NCBI GenBank assembly: GCA_963842525.1
Contig: CAWJGT010000034.1
Coordinates: 128,001 to 192,000, forward strand
Direction: 5' to 3'
DNA from: an uncultured Holophagales bacterium
GTDB lineage: Bacteria > Acidobacteriota > Thermoanaerobaculia > Multivoradales > UBA5704
Length of the DNA stretch: 64,000 bases
Made by a program: the position numbers and the translations under genes. The notes under the pieces were generated by a model, which did no database searches, had not been told where the DNA came from, and was given only the letters and a program-made list of their open reading frames with translations. Shown here piece after piece: positions 38,001-47,800 of the stretch (positions are counted from its first letter, which is position 1; every line of letters begins with the position of its first letter).

Positions 38001-38189
38001 GAAGTCCTCCGAGGCGTGAGAAAGACGATGGTACTCTGCCGTATCTTAGAGCTTCTTCTAGAATCCGACCAGCGTGGCCCAGGCGACAATAGATCCACGG
38101 AGCCAATTCGTATTCACCGATCATAAGGGGCGGGGCGGCGACCGCTTGCGGCCGCCGCTGAGCCGCCGGACAGGAATCGGAAAGCTCTC

Positions 38190-39662
38190 TTACGGATGGT
38201 GGGCGCCGGGCAGGGGCGCCTTGAGATACGGGAAGACCTCGTCGAACTGCAGCGCGTTCACCGGCACGCCGTCGGTGAAGGGAAGCGCCCGCGAAGGGGC
38301 CTCCGCGTCCGACAGACCGAAGCCCATCAGCACGCGCAGAGAGTTGTCGACTACGTCGTCACCCGGCCGCCGTCCGTTGGGATAGCCGGCCACATCGCCC
38401 CCCACGACTCCGAGAGGGCTCTGCTCTGCGGCAGGCTTGGGTGGGATCAAGGTGTTCAACCGCATGACCTCGCCCTGCGGGCCTCCCTCGTTGAGGCCCG
38501 GGAGCCCGGTCATGAAACCGACGATCAGGTCCGCCCGTGGGAAGAGGTTCGGCGCCTTCACCCCAAAGCCGCTCAGCAGGATCTCCAGGAGCTCGGGCAG
38601 GACTGGATGTGTGACGTACTGCACGATCTGCTCGTCATCCCGCGGGTGGCTGGCATTGTACAGGTCCTTGTCGGGTAGACCGATCAGGAACTCGCTGACC
38701 AGCGGATTGCCGAGGCGCGAGACCTGAATGAATTCCCCCTCCTGCAGATAGGGCTCACTGAAGGTGGGCTTCTTCTTCAGGATTCGGGTCCGCGGCAGGC
38801 GGGCGGCCGTCCAGGCCGAGACCAGGCCTTTGCCACCGCCGACGAGACACGCTGTCGGCACCTCGAGAGCGATGCTCGTGACGTTCTTCTCCTCGGTATT
38901 GGATGCCTGGCTGGCCGGATTGCCCAGCAGATTCGGCAGGTTCGCCAGATCGAAGAGGGCCCCGATATCCGCCTGGAACGGATCCTTGCGCTGGCCGACA
39001 AAAACCTTGCCATGACCGCATCCCGGTATGTCCACCTCGTGGATGAAGTGGCGGGCATATGCCTCGTAGTCCGGGATCGACTTCTCGCCGATGTTGTCGA
39101 GCGGCGCCGCGAAACGGGCCCTCCCGGTCACCGCGTGCCGGAGAGATACGATCTCGCTGGGATGGCGGAGGTCGCCGCGGATCAGGCGGATGGTGTAGGA
39201 CCGCTTAGCGTTCGTGTTCCCGGGTCTGGCGAGGGGTCCTATATTGATCAAGGGGACGGGGATGTCCACTTGCTCGCCAGGATTCCCGATCTTCAAGCTC
39301 AGCAGGGGGGAAGAATTTGTGAAGCGGAATCGGAACGTCAGATCCTCGACCTCGTCATTGTCGTTGATGATATGGATGTCATAGTTGGCGTCGCTGTCGA
39401 GCGGAAAATAGATGGGCCCGGCGAAGGCGTCCTGGAAAGGGTTGTAGTCGGCGATCAGGGTGACGAAGCCTTCTCTTCCCGCCTCGTAGCTCCGGAACAT
39501 GAAGAAATCGGTGGCATCGACCTTCGGGCTTCCGGTGATGGCGGGTGCCTCACGATGGCTGGACGCGGTCAGGGGAAGCGCCGTCCCGCCGAGCAGGATG
39601 GCAATCCATGCGACGCCGTAGAGGATCGGACGACGGGTCACATCACTGCGAAAAACTCTCAT
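38190..39662 (-). CDS. DUF4331 family secreted protein (copy 2)
   Basis: ASSHREAP, FVGQRKDPF, QVSRLGNP, YPNGRRPGDDVVD, FPYL. Confidence 0.85.
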   Translation of the reverse strand: MRVFRSDVTRRPILYGVAWIAILLGGTALPLTASSHREAPAITGSPKVDATDFFMFRSYEAGREGFVTLIADYNPFQDAFAGPIYFPLDSDANYDIHIINDNDEVEDLTFRFRFTNSSPLLSLKIGNPGEQVDIPVPLINIGPLARPGNTNAKRSYTIRLIRGDLRHPSEIVSLRHAVTGRARFAAPLDNIGEKSIPDYEAYARHFIHEVDIPGCGHGKVFVGQRKDPFQADIGALFDLANLPNLLGNPASQASNTEEKNVTSIALEVPTACLVGGGKGLVSAWTAARLPRTRILKKKPTFSEPYLQEGEFIQVSRLGNPLVSEFLIGLPDKDLYNASHPRDDEQIVQYVTHPVLPELLEILLSGFGVKAPNLFPRADLIVGFMTGLPGLNEGGPQGEVMRLNTLIPPKPAAEQSPLGVVGGDVAGYPNGRRPGDDVVDNSLRVLMGFGLSDAEAPSRALPFTDGVPVNALQFDEVFPYLKAPLPGAHHP

Positions 39663-40159
39663 CTGGTGTCCTTTCTGGGCGTTCCACCTTGCCCCGATGT
39701 CGAGTTAGGCGCCCCACGGGAGGCCAGAGTTACATCAGCGTCCTGGCCAGGAAGATCTAAAAGAGATCTATGCCCTGTGAATCCGTTTGCGATGCCAGCG
39801 CCTCGCGCGCGGCTCGCAAGGCTCGTCGCGGCCACAGTTTTGCTAAGGATTACCACGGGGCGGCTAGCGCAGTTCCAGCGACCTTCAAGCAGTAAAGGCT
39901 TTGGACCCGATTTCAGGTTCCGTAGCTCCCCGGTTCGGGAACAGACACTACTCCCTTCAGCGATCCGGCAGAAATCCCTTTGTCGAAGAAAAACGTCGCC
40001 TGTACCTGAATCTCCAGGTTTGAGAGAGGCGCATCCTGCTTGAGAATTGCGATTGGACCTTCATATTTCGCACTGAAGTCGAGATCCGCCATGTCTCCTC
40101 CTTTGAAGTTCGTATCAGCCGACCAGATTCTGACTGCCTTTTAGCAAACCACAAGAGAT

Positions 40160-40777
40160 CTATCGGTTCATATGAGATCCGAGCGCCTCCCGGATCTGGT
40201 CCTGGTGGCGCTCCTCGTGGGCGGCGGTGAGGCGGAGGATCTGCGGCACGTCGTTGACCCCCAGGAAGGGGTGCCGATAGATCATCCGGGTGTAGTCGAG
40301 CTGTGGGCTCGCGGCGAAGAGGGCGCGGGTCGCGGCCACGGAGACGGCGAGCGCTTCGCGCAGCTCCCCGGCAGGCCTCCCGGGCCGCGGCTGCATGCTC
40401 TCCGCGGCGACGGCGGGAAAGAGACGGCTGCGCACCAGCGCCTCGCGCACCCCGGCGGGGATGAACAGGGTCATCAGGCCGACCGGCAGCGACAGGAACG
40501 GCAGCAGGCTCCGCGGCACGAACGCCGGGGCGATTCCCGTGGGCGTGAGCTCGCGCTCGATATAGGGTTCCCGGCCTGAGCGCGCCAGGTCGATCATCCG
40601 CGCAATGTCCTCGCGGTTGGCCGCCTCGGCCTTGAGGAGATGGTCGAGGATCTCCCCCACCGACCAGCCGCCGCGGGCGGGCCGGCGGTCCAGATCCTCT
40701 TGTCCGAGCCCTTCGACCAGGGCCAGCGTGCCGGCGCGGGCGCGCTCGAAGCGCTGCAGCTCCGCCTCGGGGATCAC
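40160..40777 (-). CDS. DinB/YfiT family protein
   Basis: WSVGEILDHL, HPFLG, HEERHQDQI His triad. Confidence 0.8.
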   Translation of the reverse strand: MIPEAELQRFERARAGTLALVEGLGQEDLDRRPARGGWSVGEILDHLLKAEAANREDIARMIDLARSGREPYIERELTPTGIAPAFVPRSLLPFLSLPVGLMTLFIPAGVREALVRSRLFPAVAAESMQPRPGRPAGELREALAVSVAATRALFAASPQLDYTRMIYRHPFLGVNDVPQILRLTAAHEERHQDQIREALGSHMNR

Positions 40778-40795
40778 GTGCTTCCTCCTCTGCGC

Positions 40796-42034
40796 TCAAG
40801 CCGTCACCGGGATCATCGCGTACTGCGCCTGCGGGGCTTCGGGCAGGACGCACTCTTCGTCCAAGCAGTCGTGCAGGGTCGCGTCGGTGAATCCCTTGTC
40901 CATCAGCCGCTCGAGGTGGCCGCGGTTCAGGTTCAGCAGGCCGAGCGCCCCGCCTTCGCTCAGCTCCTCGCACGGGTGATAGCGATGGATCGTCATCGGT
41001 TTGTAGGTGAGGTACCGCTTGAGGCGCGGCACGATCAGGTTCATGCCCTTGGCGAGGGACTCCAGCTCGGGGTCCGCGACCTGCTCGCCCGCCTCGATGC
41101 GCCGCAGGAGGCGGATCCCCTGGTTGATCATGGCCGCGTCCTGGATGTCGTCGTTGACCAGCGCCGCCCAGGCGATCTGCTGCAGGCGGTAGTTGGTGGC
41201 GATGGTGCTGCCGAGGGCGCTGTTGGGGATGGAGGCGACGTCCGGGTCGAGGTAGATGACGTGCAGGACCTCCGCGCCCAGGTGGATCGCCTCGCGCAGC
41301 GGGGTGTTCATCAGGACGCCTCCGTCCACGTAGGGCTCGGCCCCCACGTAGGCCGGCGGGAACACGCCGGGGATGGCGCTCGAGGCGAGGATCGCCTGGG
41401 GCCCCAGAGTCTCGGTCATGTCGCGGTTGCGGAAGTACCTCACCTCCCCCGTCGTCCAGTTCGTCGCGACGACCGAGAGCTGCTTCTCGGTGCGGCGGAT
41501 GGCCTCGAAGTTGATGCTCCCGCGGATCGCTCTCGCCCAAGGGTCGATCGAGATGAAGGTCGGGAAGTTGATCAGCCCGGTGAGCCTCTCCCCCAACGTC
41601 TCGTTGCGCGCCGTCGCCAGGTGCACCATTCGCTGGATCCCGTCCCAGGCGACGGCCGCGCTGTCCCCGGCAAACTGCAGGAACGGGTGCAAGGGGTTCG
41701 GCAGATAGGACCTGGGGTTCAGGTAATAGGTCGGGTCGAAGCGGAACCGGTAGCCGCCGTTCCGGCCCGTGACGTCGGCGGCCAGGGTCTCGAGCCAGAC
41801 CCGCTCGAGGTTGGTGATCGCCGCAGGGCCGTAGGCGTCCCACTGGGAGGCCAGAAAGGACGCGTTGAACGAGCCGATCGAGGTGCCGAGGAAGATGTCC
41901 GGATCGAGCAGTTGGCCGCGGGTCGCCACGGACTTGCCGCTGAACAGCGCCTTGAGGACGCCGACCTCGTAGGCGCCGTTGGCGCCGCCGCCCGAGAGGA
42001 CGAGCGCGACTTTTCTTCCCTGTGGATCGGTCAT
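40796..42034 (-). CDS. Patatin-like phospholipase (copy 2)
   Basis: LSGGGANGAYEVG, GTSIG nucleophile elbow, ASSAIPGVFPP, VDGG. Confidence 0.9.
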   Translation of the reverse strand: MTDPQGRKVALVLSGGGANGAYEVGVLKALFSGKSVATRGQLLDPDIFLGTSIGSFNASFLASQWDAYGPAAITNLERVWLETLAADVTGRNGGYRFRFDPTYYLNPRSYLPNPLHPFLQFAGDSAAVAWDGIQRMVHLATARNETLGERLTGLINFPTFISIDPWARAIRGSINFEAIRRTEKQLSVVATNWTTGEVRYFRNRDMTETLGPQAILASSAIPGVFPPAYVGAEPYVDGGVLMNTPLREAIHLGAEVLHVIYLDPDVASIPNSALGSTIATNYRLQQIAWAALVNDDIQDAAMINQGIRLLRRIEAGEQVADPELESLAKGMNLIVPRLKRYLTYKPMTIHRYHPCEELSEGGALGLLNLNRGHLERLMDKGFTDATLHDCLDEECVLPEAPQAQYAMIPVTA

Positions 42035-43272
42035 CGGGTTGCACCTCCAGCTCTGCCCTGGGGGGGACAGATGCAATCGGATTGATCGCAGTCGTGGTGG
42101 ACCGCGTCCTCATAGCCCTGGGCGATGAGGTTGTCGATGTTCTCCAGGCTGAAGTCGAGGAGGGTGTCAGGCGCTCCCAGGCTCGTCTTCGGCCGGTAAC
42201 GGTGGATCTCCAGCGGGAGATAGGGCGGGCCCGCGGTTGCGGCGGAGCCCTTCTCCATCTTCTGCCGCGCCCGCGCGATGGGCATGGCGCTGCGCGGGGC
42301 CCCCGGGCCGAGCACCGCCAGCTCCTCGTTCACCGTGGCGGCGGTCCGGATGTCGCCGTTGATCTGCGCCGCGAGCAGGATGGTGTAGACGCGGCTGAAG
42401 GTGTCCAGCGTGTTCGGCAGCGGCGGGAACGGGATCTCGGAGGCCAGCGGATCGACGTAGATCACGTGCAGCACCTTGGCCCCGTCACGGATCGCCGGCC
42501 TGAGCGGCGTGTTCATGAGCAACCCGCCGTCGACGCAGATCGTGTTGTCCACCTCGACCGGAGGGAAGATGCCCGGGATGGCGGCCGAGGCCAGGATGGT
42601 GTCGGTCCCCAGCCGGTCGGTGACGTCGGCCTTGCGGAACACCTTGGTCTTGCCGTTGACCCAGTCGGAGGCCACGACGGACAGCGTGCTGGCCGAGGTC
42701 CGCAGGCGGCCCAGGTCGAGCGTGTCCGCCAGCAGCTCGTCAAGCGGCGAGCGCGAGAACAGGGCGGAGAGGTTGAAGGTCTCGAGCAGGCGGATACGCA
42801 CGGGCGCCTCCGAGGTGACGAGCTGCGTCCCGTAGGCGAGCGCATAGGCGCCCCAGAAGGCCGCGTCGCGTCCCATGTCGGCGAGGAGGGCGAGCGGCTT
42901 CTGGAGGCAGCCGGGATCGAGCAGCCGGCTGGGATCGCAACGCAGCCGGTAGACGCCGTTGCCGCAGCTCTGCGCGGTATCGGCGATGCGCCGGCACCAG
43001 ATCTCCTTGAGGTGTCCGATCGTGCCCGGCCCGGCCGCGTCCGCCTGCGCCAGGAAGGCGGCGTTGTAGGCTCCCACCGAGGTGCCGGTGAAGATCCGCA
43101 CCGTGAGCGGCCGGCCGCCGGTGATGGGCGAGGCTCCCTCGAACAACGCCTTCATGACGCCGACCTCGTAGGCGCCGCGGGCTCCCCCGCCCGAGAGGAC
43201 GAGGGCGTGCCGGGCGCCGTCTCCGCCGGCGGGAGGCGCGTTCGCGGCCGGCGAAGAGGCGGTCCTGATCAT
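42031..43272 (-). CDS. Patatin-like phospholipase (copy 1)
   Basis: LSGGGARGAYEVG, GTSVG, ASAAIPGIFPP, VDGG. Confidence 0.9.
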   Translation of the reverse strand: MIRTASSPAANAPPAGGDGARHALVLSGGGARGAYEVGVMKALFEGASPITGGRPLTVRIFTGTSVGAYNAAFLAQADAAGPGTIGHLKEIWCRRIADTAQSCGNGVYRLRCDPSRLLDPGCLQKPLALLADMGRDAAFWGAYALAYGTQLVTSEAPVRIRLLETFNLSALFSRSPLDELLADTLDLGRLRTSASTLSVVASDWVNGKTKVFRKADVTDRLGTDTILASAAIPGIFPPVEVDNTICVDGGLLMNTPLRPAIRDGAKVLHVIYVDPLASEIPFPPLPNTLDTFSRVYTILLAAQINGDIRTAATVNEELAVLGPGAPRSAMPIARARQKMEKGSAATAGPPYLPLEIHRYRPKTSLGAPDTLLDFSLENIDNLIAQGYEDAVHHDCDQSDCICPPQGRAGGATR

Positions 43273-43288
43273 CTCGGTCTGTCGGCTC

Positions 43289-44851
43289 CTACGGATTGGG
43301 GTTGGTGTTCCCCGGGAGCGGCGTCAGCAGGTAGGGGAACGCCGAATCGAAATCGGTGGCCTGCACCAGGGACTGGTCGGTCAAGGGGGCGGCGCCGAAA
43401 GGAGCGTCCGCCGGAACGCACAGGCCGAAGGCCTGATAGCAGAGCGCGCCCTCGAGCACCCGCATGGTGATGTCGATCACGTCGTCGCCCGGACGCCGGC
43501 CGTTGGGCCAGCCGGCATTGTCGCCCCCCAGCACGCCGAGCCGGTTCTGCTGCACGGCGGGCACGGCAGTGGTGTTCGTGTTCAGGCGCAGCACCTCGGC
43601 GTTCGAGTTGTCCCGGTTGATCCCCTGCAGGCCGTTCAGGTAGAAGGCCACCAGGTCGTTGCGCGGGATGTTGGTCGGCGGCAGCACCGTCACGCCCGGG
43701 GCCGGCGGGAACAGCAGGCTGACGAGCTGGATGCCCACGGGCACCGTCGGCCGCTCGAAATAGATCTTGAAGAGCGTGTCGTCGTCCTCGGGATGGCTGG
43801 CGTTGAAAAGGTTTTTGTCCTTGAGCGCGATGTTGATCTCGTTGACCGCGGGGTTGCCCAGCCGCGAGACCTGGATGTACGGCCCCTTCTCCAGATAGGG
43901 CTTGTCGAACGTCGGATTGTCCACCAGCGTGCGGTCGCGGGGCAGGCTCGCCGTGGTCCAGCCGGAGATGATGCCGCTGCCGTTGCCGCCGGCCGTGAGG
44001 CAGGAGATCGGCACCTCGAGCTCGAGGGCGGTGATGTTCTTGTTGGCCAGGCTGTTGGGCACGGCCGCCGGGTCGCCGATCACATTGGGGATGTGGACGA
44101 GGTCGAAGAAGTCGCCGAGGTTGAAGACGAAGGGGTCCTTGCGCTGGCCGACGAACATCCGGCCCGTGCCGGTGCAATCGGGGATGTCGACGTCGTAGAG
44201 GTGGAGCGCCGCGTAGGCCTCGTAGTCCGGGAACGAGCGGGTCCCGATGTAGTCGAAGGGCATGCCGAACCGCTGTTGGCCGTTGTCGGCGTGGCTCAGG
44301 AACTTGAACGTCGTCGCCCCGGTGACCCGGCCGCGCAGCAGGCGCACCGTGTAGGTGCGGATCCAGTTGATGCGCTGGTTGAAGGGCGGCGCTCCCCCGA
44401 CGCCTGGCGGCGGCGAGCCCGGGCCGGCCGGGAAGACGTTGCTGATCGCCACCGGGACGAAGACCCCGGGCGGAATCGGGCCCAGCGGCACCGGCACGCC
44501 CAGCCCCACGTCGCCGTTGGACAGCGCATTGTTGAAGCGGAAGCGGAAGGTCAGGTCCTCCACCGCGTCGCCGTCGTTGTCGATGTGGATGTCGTAGGCG
44601 GCGTCCTCGCGCAGCGGATAGAAGTTGGGCGCTCCGAAGGGGTCCTGCATCGGGAAGTAGGTGGCGACCAGGGTGACGAAGCCCTGACGCCCGGCCTCGT
44701 AGCTGCGGAACATGTAGAAGTCGGCGCCATCGACCTGCGGCATCTCGAGAGAGCTCGGCGCTTCGCGATGGCTCGACGCCGCCGCGGGCAGGGCCATGAC
44801 GAGAGCGAGCAGGACGAGGACCGGGACGCAGGCACAGCGGGCTCGTTGCAT
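43289..44851 (-). CDS. DUF4331 family secreted protein (copy 1)
   Basis: Signal peptide, ASSHREAP, FVGQRKDPF, QVSRLGNP, WPNGRRPGDDVID, FPYL. Confidence 0.85.
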   Translation of the reverse strand: MQRARCACVPVLVLLALVMALPAAASSHREAPSSLEMPQVDGADFYMFRSYEAGRQGFVTLVATYFPMQDPFGAPNFYPLREDAAYDIHIDNDGDAVEDLTFRFRFNNALSNGDVGLGVPVPLGPIPPGVFVPVAISNVFPAGPGSPPPGVGGAPPFNQRINWIRTYTVRLLRGRVTGATTFKFLSHADNGQQRFGMPFDYIGTRSFPDYEAYAALHLYDVDIPDCTGTGRMFVGQRKDPFVFNLGDFFDLVHIPNVIGDPAAVPNSLANKNITALELEVPISCLTAGGNGSGIISGWTTASLPRDRTLVDNPTFDKPYLEKGPYIQVSRLGNPAVNEINIALKDKNLFNASHPEDDDTLFKIYFERPTVPVGIQLVSLLFPPAPGVTVLPPTNIPRNDLVAFYLNGLQGINRDNSNAEVLRLNTNTTAVPAVQQNRLGVLGGDNAGWPNGRRPGDDVIDITMRVLEGALCYQAFGLCVPADAPFGAAPLTDQSLVQATDFDSAFPYLLTPLPGNTNPNP

Positions 44852-44872
44852 GCTTTTTCCTCCCTTCCAGTT

Positions 44873-47800
44873 TCAAGGCAAGACGTCTTTTTGGATCGGC
44901 GGCTTGGTGTTGACGTTCGACGTGGCGCCTCCGTCGATCTGGATACCCACAAAGGAAGCGTTCCTGGCGGTGGAGATCTGGACCGTCACCGGCAGCGGGA
45001 AATCCTTTCCGTTCTTGCTCCAGATCCCATAGCCGGCGAAGGCGACGACGTCATAATCGCCTGCCCCGGCGCGGGACGTGAGCGGGTTGGCGAAGTGGAC
45101 CCAGGAGAGGCTGCGCAGCCGGAACTTGCCATTCTGGCTGTGGTTCTCGTATTCGAACGAAGCAGGCAGGCTCCCCGGGTCCGCCGGAATGTCATAGCTG
45201 TAGGAGAAGGAGTCGCCGCTGGAAGCGAGCACCTTGGTGGCGCTGCCTTTCTTCGCGAACTGCGGCGGCGCGGGATCGCCGTCCACGGCCTGGATCCAGA
45301 AGAAGGGGTCGAGCGACGAGCCCGGTCCGGCTGGAAAGCCCACCGCCAGGTTCGGCTGGGGGAAAAGGAAGCCCTCGGGATACGGGATGTGGACCTCGCC
45401 GCAAAAACGGTAGACGGTCTCGCCTCGTGGCGTCTTCTGGAAGCTCGCCGGACCGCGGAAGAGAAACGAGCTGCTCGGAGTGCGCGGCTCGACCCGCAGC
45501 AGGGCGAAGAAGACGTTCTGGCCGATGAAGCCGCGGTGGAGCTGCCCGCCGAGCACCTCGCCGGTGCGCACGTCGACCGCGCCGACGGCCAGGTCGAACG
45601 GATCGCTGACCAGGAAGACGTCGTCCAGATAGAAGGAGCGCCGCGGGAAGCGCAGGAACTCGTTGAACCCGAGCTGCCCGGTCGCGAGCTGGCCGGGGAA
45701 CCCCCCGGCGGAGAGGCCCTGCGAAATCGGTCCCGGCGGCTCCGGGGCGGGAGCCAGGAACCCGCCCGGAGGCATGCCGCTGACGTAGAACGGCACGGTG
45801 TTGCCCTCCCGCTCGCCGAACTGGACGTGCAGCCGCCCCATGAGCTGGGAGCGCCCTGTCCCGGTCCCGCCGAGGAACTCGCCAGTGAGGGTGAAATCGT
45901 CGCCGAAGCTCGTGTTGCGGGCGATGTAGGTGAATTCCCGGACCGTGTTGGTGGGGATCTCCGGCACGCCTTCCGGCGTCTCGATGGGCCCTTCCCGGGT
46001 GCTCAAAAAGATGTGCGGGTGGAGCGCCAGGCCGCGTGTCGGGATGCTCGCGAACTGCGGCATCTGGCCGGCAAGGCTGGCAAAGGGGAGCGGGAAGCGG
46101 ACCGGCTGCGCGCCGAAGACCTGTTGCAGGGGCAGGAAGGTGGTGCCGAAGAGCTCGAAATCGAGCTTGCCGTCCGCCCTCTGGGTGAACTGCGCCACGG
46201 CCGTGCCGTACTGGCCGGGAAAGCTGATGGGCACCCGCGGGAAGTTGGGGTTGACCAGCGCCAGGGCGAAGATCGCCGTATTGGCGAAGGCGAAGTTGAG
46301 GTTCGGCGTCGCGGCAGGAGGCTCGACGAGCTGGCCCGTGGTCAGGTCCAGCAACCCGGTGGAAACCATGCCGGGAAAATCCGTGACCTGCTGCTGCTTG
46401 CCCGGCAGCTTGAAGAACTGCGGCGCGGCGAGGATCCCGTCGTCGCCCTGCAGGCCGTCGAGCACCGAAAGCTCGAACTGGGTCACGTTGTTCACCGGCG
46501 GCGAGAAGCGGATGCGGACCTGCCCGCTGAGGTGGCTGTCCATCAGGGCCAGGCCGCCGAAGAGCACGCCGCCGCAGCCGCCCATCGCCGCATACCTGGG
46601 ATCCTGGCAGTCGACGGCGCGCAGGGCGTCGCCGAAATAGCTGCGCTCCTTGTTGAGCGGCAGGATTTGTTCCAGGCCGGGCGGCAGCTCGAGCGGCTTG
46701 GCGAGCGGCGGCTGGGGACACTGATCGACCGGCCGCCGGACGGCGGCGGACTTGGGCGCCACGGGGCTCGCCGCCGCTCCCCCGGTGGCGGAGGTGCCGA
46801 CCTGGGCCGGCTGGGCCGGCTGGGCCGGAGGAGGCGGCGGGAGCTGCCCGGCCGTCAGCTCAGGTCCCTCGGCGGGCTGGTAGAGGACGACCGGATCGCT
46901 CGCCGCCACCGGGCCGAGGTCGATCAGCGGGAAGGATGCGCCATAGACCTGGTTGAGGAGCTGCAGCGCCTCGTTGGCGATCAGGGCCTGTCCGGTCCGG
47001 CCCGGGTAGTAGCCGTTCAGCGTGTAGAGCCCGCCGAGGAAGCCCGCGGTCAGCCGCCGCGAGCCGGTGCCGGTGCCGACGCCCTCGGCGCGGACGCGGC
47101 GGAAGAGAGCGTGGAGGTCGCAGACGAACGCGCCTTGTTCCCGCGCCAGGTTGGCGAGCTCGGCGTTGATCTCGCGGATGCGGGCGCTGATCCGGCCGGC
47201 GGTCTCGCCGCTCAGCACGCTGCCTTGCGGCAGCGGACCGAGGCCCTGCGAGAGAAACTGGTAGCCGATCTCCACCAGCCCGCGGACGGTGATCAGGTCG
47301 TCCTCGTGCAGGCCGTAGACCTTGAGCAGGATCGCGGGCTCCAGCTTGACGACCTGCGCGGCCGCCGCGATGGAGGAGACGCAGGCGGTGTCCAGGGGAT
47401 CGGGGACGTTCATCACCAGGACCGCGGCGCCCGCCTCGCGCAGCGGCTTGAGCAGCCGGAGGTAGTCGGCGCGGCAGCGCGCGGCATCCGGCAGCCGGCG
47501 GGTGTCGCCGGTGACGACGGCCTCGATGGCCTCCGTGTAACCGAGGGCGACGAGCGCCAGGGTGGGCCTGCGCTGCAGTGCCCGCTGAAGCTGGGTGGGT
47601 AGCTCGCCTGCGGCGCCCTCCAGCATCTCCGGCATGCCCAGGATGAGGTTGGCGGCCGTCTGCCGGGCGTCGTCGCGGTGCACCAGCGGCGGTTGCGGAC
47701 GAAGCTTGAGCGCGTCGGCGATCCGGAAGCCCGGCACCGACAGGTTGCCCACCGCGGCCGGCGGTGGCCACGGCTCGAGGACCGTCGTCTGCATCAGCCC

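Noticed and set aside
40796-43272. CBASS/CapV-type patatin defence effectors
   Set aside because: No CD-NTase or other CBASS genes nearby; the patatins are embedded in the larger operon
43793-47602. 1269-aa plus-strand ORF (and similar long antisense ORFs such as 2334..4721, 19070..21421, 10631..12451)
   Set aside because: Shadow ORFs opposite well-supported genes, expected in high-GC DNA; no recognisable motifs
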